From: Octopus bimaculoides
Taxonomy: Eukaryota
Assembly (NCBI RefSeq): GCF_001194135.2
Contig: NC_068981.1
Coordinates: forward strand, 180,835,047-180,899,046
Length of the DNA stretch: 64,000 nucleotides
Direction of reading: 5' to 3'
Positions 1-14,080 of the stretch are shown here, piece after piece; positions within the stretch are counted from its first letter, which is position 1, and each line of letters opens with the position of its first letter. The notes below the pieces were generated by a model. That model was not told the origin of the DNA. It was given only the letters and a program-made list of their open reading frames with translations, and searched no databases. Both the position numbers and the translations under genes were made by a program.

Positions 1-2170
1 TAGGTGTAACAGTACCACCTAGCCCCTGGCCATTTTGTTGCAAGAAGTAGGGTCATGTTCCCAGTTTTAGATTAACTTACTACCCAGAGACCCTGGAAAA
101 GGATCATGGATTCTGCCTTGCCTTTTCTGATAACTATATTTAAAAAGATTTTAACTGATGGTTCAATACTTTGTATATAAACATCTAACAGTGCATTGCA
201 GTAATAGCTATGTCACTTAACAATTACTAGTTCTGACTTCCTTGCTTATAAATAGGTACCATGTAAAAGTACATAGCTACTACAATAGAAATTACACTAC
301 AACTTACGTGTTTTATTAGCTTGCAGTTCTAGACTCAAATTATTCCATGAGTCACCAAATAGGAAACGGACACCACAAGTTATAGAAACACATAAGACCA
401 GTTTATTTCCGATTCCTTCAGCATTAAACAGGTGGACACTTACATGACCTTGGGAGTGGGAGGGTGAAATATATACAAGCTATGTTATTGGTTTTACTAT
501 TTGCTGGTAGACTTTCTAGCATGATTTTTTTTTTTTAATTTTTCATTAGCTTAGTCTGAAGGAAAGTAATGTATCCTAGGCCCTAGCAGACTCTCTAGGC
601 CAAGTAAGACTGATGTGGTTAATATTCTTCTTGTAAAGCTGTAAGTTGAATCCACAGGAAAAATATAAGTGCTGGGAGCAAATTTCAGAAGGATGATATC
701 TAGGAGAGGAAGGACTTAGCATAGTGGTTAATGAGAAGCTGGGGTGTGTGTGGGGGGGGGGACCATCTGGCTGACAAGAGAAGGAGAGATTAGTGAATCA
801 GGAAAACCTGAATGGAGAAGGTATGAGACCAACCAGCTCTGAAGAAGAGAGGCCACAACAGTGGTATCAGAAAAGAGAGAGAGAGAGAGAGAGAGAGAAG
901 ATCGCTTCAAGAGGTCCATGTGTATTAGTGATCAAATTCATATGAATCAATCAGATAACCTTTCCATAGATATGGTTTTGGATGTCTGTGAGTCTAGTAG
1001 CAGCACCATCACAGTCATGGAAGCATTAACTTCATTGTCAGTTTCATTTATCTTCGATAATTAATTATTAAATTGTTGAAGTATTTTCCTGCCTGAAGAG
1101 GAGCACTAGTCTTTGGAGCAGTCATCATATCAGGTTACAATTAACGCTGGTCAGGATGCTCATAGCTGTGTACACAGGTAGTTGAAGAACATCATAGAAG
1201 AAAGCTAATATTTATCCCCACTTAAAAATGGATATTGTTTTAGAACACACAATACTGCAATAGTTACCACGAGAGAATCTCATGTGGGCTTTTGGTGCAT
1301 ATAAACTCTTGTTTATATTGTAGTAACGCCGGGAGATAAATCACCCACCATCATCATGACTGAGACTACCAGATCACATGTTTTCGGTCTTCCCTTGCCT
1401 TGTCAATGGTAGATGCCTAACCGCTGCTAGCAATACACATAGAGCCACAGTGCCTAATCAGACACTGGTGTTGCTAATAGCCAGACATTTTCAACTGTTG
1501 CTTACCTTACACATATAACTTGTATATAAGTAATGTTTACCAGACCAATATTAAACAAGTTCATCTATTACATCCTGGAGTAGTAAACGTAATCAGTTAC
1601 CCGATTTAACAAGAGCAGCCGCAACAGCAACAACACTGCCGTCACCACCACCACCACCACCAGCAAGCTCCTCAAAGCATTTAATGGAGTCCAGTGTTAC
1701 AAGCATTTCAACCATGTTTCCAGTTTGAGGATCAGCTATGAATAAGTTATAATTAATTCCTTCCTTACCCCCACCCAGCCATCCTCCGTTACCACGAGTC
1801 TTGAAGATCTGGAAATAAAGTTATGGATGTTTGTCCTTTTGTTGCTGACTTGGGAATAAGAAATAAAAATTTAAAACCTTTATTTTTGAAATTTATAATG
1901 TAAGAGAGAATGAAACTTACCAGGCAGACAATTACATACAAATGAATTAGTTGTGTTGACACAAGTACCATTATTAAGACATGGCATCAAGGCACATTTT
2001 TGGTCTCCTGTTGAGAATAGAAATATAATAATAAAAAAAAATAATAATAATTGTGTAAAACTAACTAGTTTATGTCAAGATTCACTGCATATATTAATTT
2101 CAAAATCTGGATCTTCCTGAAATTCAGCTTCGATCATCATTTCATTTAGTGTTATTAGTGAGTGCAAGTA

Positions 2171-2562
2171 TACTCTTTTACTCTTTTACTTGTTTCAGTC
2201 ATTTGACTGTGGCCATGCTGGAGCACTGCCTTTAGTCAAGCAAATCGACCCCAGGACTTATTCTTTGGAAGCCTAGTACTTATTCTATCAGTATCTTTTG
2301 CCGAACAGCTAAGTTACGGAGATGTAAACACACCAGCATCGGTTGTCAAGTGATGTTGGGGGGACAAACACAGACACACACATATATATACATATACATA
2401 TATACAATGGGCTTCTTTCAGTTTCTGAGTACCAAATCCACTCACAAAGTTTTGGTTGGCCCGAGGCTATAGGAGAAGACATTTGCCCAAAGTACCACAC
2501 AGTGGGACTGAACCTGGAACTATGTGGTTGGTAAGCAAGCTACTTACCACACAGTCACTCCT
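2171..2562 (-). mobile_element. SINE family A (tRNA-derived head aggagtggctgtgtggtaag, internal (TA/CA)n, tail aagtaaaagagta), near full length
   Basis: The same sequence recurs at about 4833, 11614, 21925, 23172, 24500 and 29770 in this window. Confidence 0.85.
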
Positions 2563-2612
2563 GTGTCTATATTTCTTTTTTTTTTTTTTTTTTGGTGTTA
2601 AATTATCCACCT

Positions 2613-2945
2613 ATCATCCTTATTGTTTAACATCCACTTTCTATGCTGGCATGGGTTGGACGGTTTAACTGAGGACTGGCAAGCCAGGAGGCTGCACCAG
2701 GCACCAATCTGATCTGACAAGGTTTCTACAGCTGGATGCCCTTCCTAACACCAACCACTCTGATAGTGTAGTGAGTGCTTTTTACATGCCACTGGCTTGA
2801 ATTGTGCTTTTTATGTGCCACTGGCACAGGGGCCAGTCAGGCAGCACTGGCATTGACCACACTTGAATGGTGCTTTTTACATGCCACTGGCACGGGTGCC
2901 AGTCAGGTGGCACTGGCATCAGCCACAACTACAATTTCGCTTGAC
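2613..2945 (-). mobile_element. RTE 3'-UTR tail fragment
   Basis: Reverse complement of the tail at 62027-62117. Confidence 0.75.
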
Positions 2946-3039
2946 TTAACAAAATTAAGTCAAGCAATTATATTATGATTTCATCTTAGGGTTACTGAGC
3001 AGGCTTATAAATCATTAACTTCTCTGCTCTCCACTTAGG

Positions 3040-3520
3040 TGCACAATACAATTTCACATCAACTGTTAGAAAGCTACTTTGATGGCTGTTTCTTCATGTA
3101 TGAAGACCATGAGGGAGAATGGTCTTCATACATTGATGTTGCAGAGCTTTTCTTCCTGCCTGTATTTATTAGTTTTAGAGTGAGAGCCAGTCCATGCTAT
3201 CTCATCCCACTCTTCAGACTTGGAGGTCTGACCATAGTGGTTCAGTGGGCTAAGACAGCTGCAGTGACCAGTAAGCTGTAGATTTTACATTGGAGTGGCC
3301 GTCTCCCAGGTGAATTGCTTTACAAGACTGGAGAGCTTCACCTACTTGGAGTTGACAGAAGCGCATCAAAGAGGGAACTGGACCATGTAAGAGACTCCAC
3401 TCTTTGTTTCATTGTCAAGGTTGACTCCCCTAACCTTTTCCTTTCCCAAGGCAGTGAAGGTTTGTACTTGCAGTTTCTTCCAGAATATCTTGGTTAACCG
3501 ACAGCTAGGTTTGAGACAGG
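3040..3520 (-). mobile_element. Possible decayed non-LTR ORF1 remnant
   Basis: GC-richer stretch with GRRPLQCK, resembling the start of an ORF1 zinc knuckle. Many stops; weak. Confidence 0.25.
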
Positions 3521-4832
3521 TGACATTATTCCAAGCCAGACCTGGGAATAACAGAGGCTAAGAGGTGGTGATTCCTCACACCTCAAAGCACTGGAGCTCC
3601 TGAAGCAGGGCCCCACTATCGAATACAGTTTAAAGTCATACCAAGGACCAAGAAAGCTACAAGCACTAATGGAAAACACTAACTCAGTAACCATAACAAC
3701 AGAAAATTCTTTCCTAAGATTAACAAATTGATGAGATTACTGCAATTTGTTGTGAGAGTAAAAACTTTGCTAAAAGATTTAATAGCACAATATAAAGACA
3801 TGGTGAGAAAGTGAATTAAAATTTACCTGGTGAATACAATGGAATACTTGGAATTTAGTGAATTAAGATCTTCAGAAACTAGCATAGCTTATGATGTTAC
3901 TTATGGTTTGATAGTGAGATCATTCCTTTTGACAATTTTCAGAAATGACATACGTATTTCAAATTTAAATCTATCTGATTTTTATGATAATATACCTGTA
4001 TTTACCTGAGATGACACTGAAATATTTGGGGGAAACTGCTCAACAAAACCAGTCAATGTATCAGAGAAATAATCTTACTCTAAACTTTAAAAAGATCAAT
4101 TACTGCTTACTTGCATAATGTCTATTGGTACTCCTGCTCGTTCTCTTATCATAAATAGGGAAAATAGAAAAACTAGAAAACAAAGACATTTTGTTCACTG
4201 TAAAAATTGATGACAAAATAGTAAAATGGAAAGTGAAATTAATATACTAGTCTCATCAACCTGAAAATATCAAAAAAATTTATCATTGCTATTAAGAATG
4301 ATAATTGATCACAAGCAACTTTCAATTTTTCCATCCAATTTTTTGGGGTTTTTTTGAAACCAAACATTCTACATGCTATAACTTTACTTACTTTGAGTTT
4401 CATGGTTAACAAAAACATTCATCCATCCATCCATCTATCCATCTTTTCCACCTACTATTCTTGGGAGGGTCATGGGGGACAGCTCTCAGGTACCTCCTCC
4501 ATAGGGTCTTATTAGAAGTAATTGTCATTAGAATTTTTTGACTGGATTCCCAAGCATGACCAGCTAAAACTATGGATATTATCCAATCATCTTTTCCTTC
4601 ATCTATCCCTAAGTTTCATGCCAGTTGGCTCAGCTTGAAAAATGTCTTGTGGTTCTTTCTTGCAACATTCTAATCACATGTCCCCAATGCCAATGCTGAG
4701 ACCTCTCAATGCAGAGAAATAACAGCACAATCTCAAGAGATTTTCTGAGCTATGCACCTGTCAGGAAATGTTACTCAAGAGATCTTTTGGGAAAACCCCA
4801 TTTCAGCCATTTGCATTTTCAATATATACATA

Positions 4833-5048
4833 TACTCTTTTACGCTTTTACTTGTTTCAGTCATTTGACTGTGGCCATGCTGGAGCACCGCCTTTAGTCG
4901 AGCAAATCGACCCCAGGACTCATTCTTTGTAAGCCTAGTACTTATTCTATCAGTCTCTTTTTGCCAAACTGCTAAGTTATGGGGACGTAAACACACCAGC
5001 ATCGGTTGTCAAGCGATGTTGGGGGGACAAACACAGACACACAAACAT

Positions 5049-5083
<35 letters not shown>

Positions 5084-5176
5084 CACATATACGACGGGCT
5101 TCTTTCAGTTTCCGTCTACCAAATCCACTCCCAAGGCTTTGGTCGGCCCGAAGCTATAGTAGAAGACACTTGTCCA
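4833..5176 (-). mobile_element. SINE family A, 5'-truncated copy
   Basis: Matches the 2171-2562 copy from the tail to agaagacacttg. Confidence 0.85.
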
Positions 5177-5490
5177 TCAAATAATTATTAAGGTGAGCTG
5201 TTAGCTCTTTTGGATATCATCCAACAACTAGACACAACAGAAGTATATCAATTTGCTTATGTCTTTCCAACAAATTCCACTTACTTTAGTTGATAAGGTT
5301 ACAGTAATTAATCTATTGTTTTCACATTTCAATTAAAAAAATTGTTATGAAGGTGTAAAAGTATGAACCCTTGCAGTAGAGTTTCTTCACTAACCCAATT
5401 AAACTGTCAGTATATCATAACAAGTATTGGGTTTTTGCATGAGTGAGAGAACTTGATGCCGTTTCAAATTAGGATTTTGAGCTCATTGTT

Positions 5491-5868
5491 GTTGGCACTC
5501 CGTCACTTACGGCATCGAGGGTTCCAGTTGATCCGATCAACGGAACAGCCTGCTCATGAAATTAATGTGCAAGTGGCTGAGCACTCCACAGACACATGTA
5601 ACCTTAACATAGTTTTCGGGGATATTCAGCGTGACACAGTGTGACAAGGCTGACCCTTTGAATTACAGGCACAATGGAAACAGGAAGTAAGAGTGAGAGA
5701 AAGTTGTGGTGAAAGAGTACAGCAGGGTTCGCCACCATCCCCTGCCAAAGCCTCGTGGAGCTTTAAGTGTTTTTGCTCAATAAACACTCACAACGCCCGG
5801 TCTGGGAATCAAAACCGCGATCCTATAACCGCAAGTCCGCTGCCCTAACAACTGGGCCATTGTGCCTC
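5491..5868 (-). mobile_element. SINE family C (tRNA-derived head ggaggcgcaatggcccagtggttaggg)
   Basis: A/B-box-like head on the minus strand. Recurs at 48398 and 51505, with related copies at 8390, 10937 and 11105. Confidence 0.8.
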
Positions 5869-6212
5869 TACAATTTTGAGCTCATAACAGCAAGAAAACG
5901 ACAGGATGGAAAGAAGAATGGAGAAACCTTTCGAATGGAGAAACCTTTTGAATGGAGAATAGGTCAATAGTTAAAAAATAATAAACAATTAACTCAAAGA
6001 ACTAAATGCATAGCATACATACACTTTTATATACATACTTGTTGAAGAATTCAAAAATACTAGAGATTTTGTTTATAATTCTCTAAGAGTAAGGTTACTT
6101 TTGATAACAGTAATAGGATATGGTTTAATGGGTTATTGCTATTATACTGAAGAAATAAGACATCAAACTATGAAAGTAGAAAAACAAAAATGTTTTTAAT
6201 CATAAAGCTTAC

Positions 6213-6341
6213 CAAGATTCAAATCACAGTTCCGACCAGTAAATGTTGGTAAACAAGTACATTTATAATCCTGGTCCTGGTCAACACAAGTTCCTCCATT
6301 CTGACATGGATAAGAATAGCAATCATTGACATCAACTTTAG
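6213..6341 (-). CDS. crb: Crumbs-like gene, EGF-repeat exon (129 nt, phase 1/1)
   Basis: Acceptor ctttttccctttcag|CT at 6342 and donor G|gtaagc at 6212. Reads (T)KVDVNDCYSYPCQNGGTCVDQDQDYKCTCLPTFTGRNCDLNL(G), a six-Cys EGF domain. Splices in frame to the 39317 donor (A+CT = Thr). Too short for the ORF track. Confidence 0.9.
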
Positions 6342-6486
6342 CTGAAAGGGAAAAAGAAATTTTAAAAACAAAAATTCAGAAAGAGTTGTTCATTTTTTTT
6401 TTTTATTTCTTCTTCGACACACACACACACACATACACACACACGCACGCATGCACCATCTTGCCTTTGTAATTTTGTTAAACACT

Positions 6487-6748
6487 AAAGTGGCAAGCTA
6501 GCAGAAACGTTAGCATGCCAGACAAAATGCTTAGCAATATTTCGTCTGTTTTTACGTTCTGAGTTCAAATTCCACCGAAGTCGACTTTGCTTTATATCCT
6601 TTCAGGGTTGATAAATTAAGTACCAGGTGTGTACTTACATTGATCTGATTGGCCCCCTCCCCAAAAATTTCAGGCCTTGTGCCTAGAGTAGACAAGAATA
6701 TTTTAAGGTGGCAAGCAAGCAGAAACGTTAGTACACTGGGCAAAATGC
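6487..6748 (+). mobile_element. SINE family D (aaggcggcgagctggcagaaacgttagc..) plus a second head
   Basis: Recurs at 15560, 45268, 51832 and 62160. Confidence 0.75.
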
Positions 6749-7268
6749 TTCCAGTCTGATTTGACTTGGTTTCTACAGCAGCATGCCCTTCCTAACAACG
6801 ACTTTACAGAGTGTTCTGGGTGCTTTTTATATGGCACTGGCACAAGTCCTATTTGGCTATTATTTTTAGCAAGTCCAGCAACCATATAGTGGCTCACTTT
6901 ATGTAACATGAATGGTGATTATAGTGTACAATAAAGAATTTTTATTTTTATTAAACTTAAAAGAAAAGAGTCCTTGAGAAACTATATGGAAATGCTTAAG
7001 TGACAAAACCTTCATTATTTCATTGATTAAAAGGTGATTTCTAATGAGGTGGTTGAACACAGCTGGATTGTATGAAGAGATGGTAATAAAATGGAGATAA
7101 AATGATATTTTAATAAATAATGAAGAAGTATCATTTAAGACATCTTTTATAGATTATCACATATGAGTATGTTAAAGTGTCAGATAAACCAAGGTCAATT
7201 CACGAAATAAGACAGAGTGAGGAGTATTCACATTAGTATTGCAACTGCATGAATGCATGCATGCATGC

Positions 7269-7300
<32 letters not shown>

Positions 7301-7456
7301 GTGTGTCCATGCGTGAATATATGCGTGTATATATGAGCTTATTGTATAGTGTTCAAGTGCTCTACAACTCAATGGAAAAGCTTAAAAGAGAAGACAGAGA
7401 GAGAAAACATACAAGTAAAGGGAAGAAAGACAGAAAGGAAAGCGCTCTCTCTCTCG

Positions 7457-7493
<37 letters not shown>

Positions 7494-8389
7494 TATATAT
7501 ATAGAGAGAGATATGAGAAAAGGAATTGTACATATTGTGGAGGAGTTGATATTTTATTACACCTGAGGAGCTACATTAGTCACACGCACTTATCTTCTAT
7601 TTGTGACTTCTCACTGTGATCGTTCCAACCGACAAGAGGTGTTTTCAAGTACCACTTAAAAACACCTCTTGTAGGTTGAAATGATTATAGAGAGAGAAGT
7701 CTGAAGAGAATTATAACTCTACATTTGTATCACATATTGAGTACTAAATGTACAAAAAAAAAAAAAAAAGATACTTTGAATGATCCAAATTCAATAAAGA
7801 TACTACTACATCAGAAGATGTATATCATCATTTTAACATCCACTTTTCCATGCTTACATGGGTCAGACAGAGTTTACTGAGGCAAATCTTCTATGGTTAG
7901 ATGCCTTTAATGTTGCTAACCTTCACCTATACATATAATCATCATCATCATCTTTATGCTTGCATGGGTCAGAGGTTATTGAGGCAGGTTTCCACAGCTG
8001 GTTCACTTTCCTGTCACCAGCCCTCACCTGTTTCCAAGCAAAGTAATATTTTTCTATGGTCAGCTTTGTTTTCACAGAATATTGTATTTAAGTAACACTG
8101 CATGTATGACAGTGAAACTCATTTACAACTAACACAAAATGTCAAGACAAAGAGAGACAGACAGATAGACACACACACACACATATATATGCAACGAGCT
8201 TCTTTCAGTTTCCATTTACCAAACCCACTCACAAGGTTTTGGCCAGCCCAGGATATAGTAGAAGACATCTGCTTAAGGTGCCTTACAGTGGGACTAAATC
8301 TAAAACCATGGCGCAATGCCTGCTCAGATTGACTTTATTTTGAATATCAGCGCCTCTTAGGATTTTCATAGTTATGTAAGAAGCCATTC

Positions 8390-8705
8390 GCTGGCACTTT
8401 GTCGGTTATGATGATGATGATGAGGACTCCAGTGGATCCAATTGATAAAACAGCCTGCTTCTGAAATTAACATGTAAGTGGCTGAGTATTCCACAGACAC
8501 GTGTACCCTTAACATAGTTCTCAGTGAGATTCAGCATGACATGCGATAAGGCCAGCCCTTTGAATTACAGGTACAACTCATTTTTACCAGCTGAGTGGAC
8601 TAGAGCACATGAAGTAAAGTATCTTGCTCAAGGTCACAATGTGCTGCTGGGAATTGAACTCACACCCATACAATTGTGAGATGATTACCCTAACCACTAA
8701 GTCAT
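8390..8705 (-). mobile_element. SINE family C-related copy
   Basis: Shared body ..gaaattaacatgtaagtggctgagtattccacagacacgtgtaccc.. Confidence 0.7.
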
Positions 8706-9110
8706 AAATTGTACATTATTTCCAACACTGCTGACTTGTGTTACTAAAATACTTTATCATGACTTCTAGTCTCTTCAAAAAGCATGGGTGTTTTATTTGA
8801 TTGCTTCTTTAATAAATATTTAAACTCCAGATTACAGATGCTAATCAACTTAGTTAATTAACCACTTTTTTGTAATGTTTATTTCTCTTCCACTTCCTTA
8901 AAAGTATAACATTTGGTGGGGAGAGTCCTTTCACTTCTTTGAAGAGATAGCTACCCCATTCAGTCTCATGCTTTCTTCCACATTTCTCTCTAACACTAAA
9001 TGCTTCATCCTTGTAACTAATTATAGATCCACAACGGTCTGGTTATCAATGTAATCTAACTTTCTCTTTCCAACCCCTTTTCCTCTTCCTTCAACCCTCT
9101 CTGCTCCTTT

Positions 9111-9390
9111 TCATCATCATCATCGTTTAATGTCCGCTTTCCATGCTAGCATGGGTTGGATGATTTGACTGAGGACTGGTGGACCAGGAGGCGACACCAG
9201 GCTCCAATCTGATTTGGCAGAGTTTCTACAGCTGGATGCCCTTCCTAATGCCAACCACTCAGAGAGTGTAGTGGGTGCTTTTATGTGCCACCGGCACGAG
9301 GGCCAGTCAGGCGGTACTGGCAACGGCCACGCTCGAAATGGTGTATTTCACGTGCCACCTGCACAGGAGCCAGTCCATCAGCACTGGCTT
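9111..9390 (-). mobile_element. RTE 3'-UTR tail fragment
   Basis: (TCA)n-cgtttaatgtccgctttccatgctagcatggg.. Confidence 0.8.
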
Positions 9391-10936
9391 TCAATATATG
9401 AAAATCCATTTTTTATCATCTATTACCTTTCTTTAAGAATAACTATAGTTTTCTAACAGCCCCTTCTATTTTTAGTAATAAATTTCATAAGCTGAACCAA
9501 ACACATCATTTGTTTCACCAGCATTTATGGAATGAAGCTTATGGCCATCTATAATAAATTATTTTAATTTACCGTTTGATTAAATATTCACACACACACA
9601 CACACAAACCCAATCTATTAGTGGCACAGTGAAGGATTGTAAGACATTCTAAAAATTCTCTATATGAAATTATTTAGGTAAATAGATGCACACACTTGGG
9701 TGTATGCATTGACAGCTCAGCCAACACACCAACTCAACCATATATTTACAAACAGCAGAAACTCTCTGAACTCAAAAAGCCTTGTCACTCAGCAAGTGGC
9801 TTGTAACTCTGTTACAAATTTAGATAAAATGCGAAGACAGACAGTCACACACACTACTATTACTACTACAAAAACATTACACCATCTGCAAATATACCAA
9901 TCTAATGACTGAAACAAGTAAAATAAAAAGAAAGAAAAAATATCCGTATACATTTCATGATGTATTATCTTTGGGGAATTTGGATCATACAAAGTATTTT
10001 TTTTTTTTTTTTTTTTACATTTAGTAGTCAGTCTGCTTAGCTAACAACACAGTACCACCCTTATTTCACACCCGAGTGATTAGTGTTAACAAGGAACAGA
10101 TATCTATCAATTAAACCATAAAATGCATTGTTCCATCAAACCGCTTTCCAACCTATGCTATGGTTTAAGCAAAGAAAAACAAAAGCAGATCAGCAAAAAT
10201 TGATGGATCAATTACAGCAGATTCATAAATTGATGGTTCAAAATCACCATTATAATCACTATCATCATCACTCTCTCTCCGCCAATCATTTTGATTATTT
10301 GCTTCCTTGTTCACAAGTATAACATGAACAGGCTTGCATAAATGGTTGTTCAAGTGATTTTACATCACTCACAGCTAATCAATATCTTCTTAGTTTGGTT
10401 CCACTTATTGCTGGCCTCACATTTACCTGTTGGGTAAACTACTATTATGACAACGACGACTACTACTACAAGATATTATTATGAACAACTGAGAGAGCTT
10501 CAGCATGGCTCCTTGGTTTGTTAGAAATAGCAGCTCAATCTATTAAATTACCCTAAAACAAGGTTAGAAAGCAGTCCTAGATAACTCCTAAAAAAGACAG
10601 ATGGTCATGGTTGGAATGTCTTTGATAATGTTATTCTGCAGATAAACAGCAATAGCTACTATTTCAATTCTCATTCTGTATCCATACAATTATGGTGGTT
10701 TGTCAGCTAATTCAACTGTCTGTCTATCTACTAGCATACCTGTAAGTTTATCTATCTATTGGGTGTCTGCATACATTACATTAACATGCGAGTCCTAATC
10801 ACCCATTAACATATATCTATTCCCATTCTTTGATGTAGTTCTATGTGTGCCATGAGTGTCTGTCTCAGAGAAAAACAAGTCATCTATAGAGCACATCTTT
10901 AATATATCACTTCTCCAGAGGTCCACAAAAAGGACC

Positions 10937-11410
10937 TCAATAAACACTCACAACGCCCGGTCTGGGAATCGAAACCACAATCCTATGACTGCGAGTCCGC
11001 TGCCCTAACCACTGGGCCATTGCGCCTCCGGTGGCTACTTACACAATGGCATTATCACCATCACTGCTACTTATCCATCAAAAATGAGTCATAATCACAG
11101 TCACTGGGGTTAGGGTATTCAGCTCATGATCGTAAGGTTGTGAGTTCAACTCCCAGCAGCATGTTATCCTCGAGCAAGATGTTGTATTTCACATTGCTCC
11201 AGTCCACTCAGCTGGCAAAAATGAGCTGCACCTTTAATTCAAAAGGCCAGCCTTGTCACACTCTGTGTCACACTGAATCTCCCCGAGAACAATGTGAAGG
11301 GTATGTATGTCTGTGGAGTGCTCAGCCACTTGCACGTTAATTTCACGAGCAGGCTGTTCCGTTGATCAGATCAAGTGGAACCCTCATCGTCAAAACCAAT
11401 GAAGTACCAG
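10937..11410. mobile_element. SINE family C head fragment (-, 10937-11029) plus C-related copy (+, about 11105-11410)
   Basis: Sequence similarity to the 5491-5868 copy. Confidence 0.7.
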
Positions 11411-11613
11411 TTTAGTTTTCAACAAAGCTTTCGAATTTGTACAAGAAACAAAGTTGTAATATTAAGCAAAAAAAAAAAAAAAAATGTTGCAAAATTCTCA
11501 TTTTAACATCTTTTTACCATACCTGCATGGATCAGATGAGGTCATGCTGTAGCATAGTCTTCTATGGCCAGAGGCCTTTCCTGTCTCCAGCTCCCAATTG
11601 TTTCTAAGTGTGG

Positions 11614-12035
11614 TACTCTCTTTTACTCTTTTACTTGTTTCAGTCATTTGACTGTGGCCANNNNNNNNNNGAGCACCGCCTTTAGTCGAGCAAATCAACC
11701 CCGGGACTTATTCTGTGTAAACCCAGTACTTATTCTATTGGTCTCTTTTGCCGAACCGCTAAGTGACGGGACATAAACACACGAGCATCGGTTGTCAAGC
11801 AATTCTAGGGGGACAAACACAGACACACACACACAGATATATATATACATATATATATATACATATATATATACATATATNNNNNNNNNNTACATATATA
11901 CGACAGGCTTCTTTCAGTTTCTGCCTACCAAATCCACTCAAAGCTTTGGTCGGCCCGCGGCTATTGTAGAAAGACACTTGCCCAAGGTGCCACGCAGTAG
12001 GAATGAACCCAGAACCATGTGGTTGGTAAGCAAGC
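11614..12035 (-). mobile_element. SINE family A copy (contains 10-N gaps)
   Basis: Matches family A tail, body and head. Confidence 0.85.
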
Positions 12036-12652
12036 CTGTGTGTGCGTGCGTGCACGTGTGTGCGCGTNNNNNNNNNNGCAAGCCTGTGTGTGCGTGCGTG
12101 CACGTGTGTGCGCGTGCATGTGTGTGTGTGTGTGCGCGCGTACATGTATCAAGAGCTGGGCAGATGGATTTCAGCTTTTGCTATATTACTGATTCTTATC
12201 AATAATTCTTATTTAGCAGATAGTTCAAGATCTTGAAACAATTCCCCCCCCCCCCCATTTATGCTAGTTGCTGTAATTCAATATTTCATTTTTTACTCAG
12301 GTGTAGGTTTTGTTACACTTAAAATATCACCATTTCCCAACCTTCTTACTCTTGGGGAGCGTTTGAAATACATTCCATGTCTCAAGGAACCCTTTCATAA
12401 AAATCATTATATACCATTACTAATCCTTTTTCTCTTTTATCAGTTAAGTCTCATGAGAAATTTTATTAAATCATAAAATTGTCTTTGATAAAAGATGCAA
12501 ATGCTAAACCCATCAGATACCATAAAGAAGGTTAAGAAATTTCCAAAACATTGTTTACACAAAAATACTCTACAATTCCTGAAGAGACATTCTTCTCACA
12601 GCGTTTCTTTACTAGCAATAGAAACTAGATTTTTTTAATATATAATTATTAT

Positions 12653-12950
12653 TATCATCATCATCATAGACATTTAATGTAGATTTTCTATGCTGACATG
12701 GGTTGAACAGTTTGACAGGAACTGGCAAGGGCAAGGGTCGCACCAGAGTTCATAATCTGTTTTGGCTTGGTTTCTATGGCTGGATTCCCTTCCTAACACC
12801 AACCATTCCACAGAGTGTACTGGGTGATTTTTACATAGCACCATCACCAGTGCTTTTCACATGGTACCAGCACCCACACCAATGCTTTTTATGTGGTACC
12901 TTAGTTTTAGGATCTCAATTCTGTTGTGACAAATGGGTCTTCTCAACTCA
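12653..12950 (-). mobile_element. RTE 3'-UTR tail fragment, diverged
   Basis: Same tail motif; similar copy at 59573-59830. Confidence 0.7.
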
Positions 12951-13199
12951 AATACACATTAACATATAATTAACCTATTTATCACTATTTCTCACAGATT
13001 CCTCACAAAGAAATGCTGATTTTATGTACAATCATCCTCATCCTCATTTTAACATCCACTTTTCCATGCTTGCATGGGTCAGATGGAGTTTACTACAGCA
13101 AATTTTCTATGGCCAGATGCCTTTAATGTTGCTAATCCTCACCTGTTTCCAAGCAAGATAATCTTTCCCCATGACCAGACATTTTTGTAGACTATGTGA

Positions 13200-13660
13200 C
13201 AATTACATTCATTTACAACAACCACACAATATCAAGACAAACAGACACACATAATACATACCCACATTCATGTGTATAGACAGACAGAGAGGCAGATAGA
13301 CAAAGTGCTTTTTTTAAGTTCTATCTACTAAATTGACTCACAAGCAAGGGCAGAGCTAAGGTGGAACAAGCAGGGTACATGCCCTGGGTGCCACTTTGAG
13401 AGTGGCACCAATTTTGGCCAAGATCATTTTATAATCAAGCCATTTCTATGCATGTCTCCACTTTTTGGTTAGTGGGGGAGGAACAATTTTGAAGCTTGCC
13501 CTGGGCGCCATTTACTGTAGCTATGCCCCTGCTCACAAAGCTTTGGTCAGTCCAGGACTATAATAGAACAGACTTGTCCAAGGTGTCATACAGTAGGACT
13601 GAACTTGAAACTATGTGGTTAGGAAGCAAATTTCTTAACTACACAGCTATGCCTGTGCCT
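13200..13660 (-). mobile_element. Diverged SINE family A copy interrupted by a hAT-type MITE
   Basis: ..aaattgactcacaag [insertion] ctcacaaagctttggtcagtcc..actacacagc. Confidence 0.6.
13345..13531. mobile_element. hAT-type MITE, 187 bp
   Basis: Terminal inverted repeats (TIRs) caagggcagagcta / tagctatgcccctg; 8-bp TSD ctcacaag / ctcacaaa. Confidence 0.75.
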
Positions 13661-13916
13661 TTATATATCAAAATCTACACCTGATAAGAAACAAAATATA
13701 AAATCACATCAGTTTGTATCAATTTGAATATTTCTACATATTTCAAGATTTTTTTAATTAATTTCCAAACAAGAAGAATTAAGTGAGCTTCAAAAGGAAT
13801 AACAAAGATTAAGTTAAAAGAAAATCAAGATTACAGCTAAAACTGAAATCCAGCCAACCAACTATCTTCCAATAAGCTGACAAACATTTTTTTAATACAC
13901 AGTAATGTTATTTTGT

Positions 13917-14080
13917 GGAGGCACGTGGCTTAGTGGTTAGAGTGTCAGCATCATGATCATAAGATTGTGGTTTCGATTCCTGGACTGAGTGACGCGTTGT
14001 GTTCTTGAGCAAAACACTTCATTTCACGTTGCTCCAGTCCACTCAGCTGGCAAAAATGAGTAACACTGCGATGGACTGGC
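13917..14080 (+). mobile_element. tRNA-derived SINE head and core (C-related)
   Basis: ggaggcacgtggcttagtggttagag..ggtttcgattcc..cttgagcaaaacacttcatttcac. Similar segments at 29150-29320, 58300-58430 and 60440-60590 (-) and at 30818-31098 (+). Confidence 0.7.

Noticed and set aside
12030-12130. Apparent tandem duplications flanking 10-N gaps (also at 62315-62410)
   Set aside because: Identical sequence on both sides of a fixed 10-N spacer indicates unmerged contig overlap, not biology.
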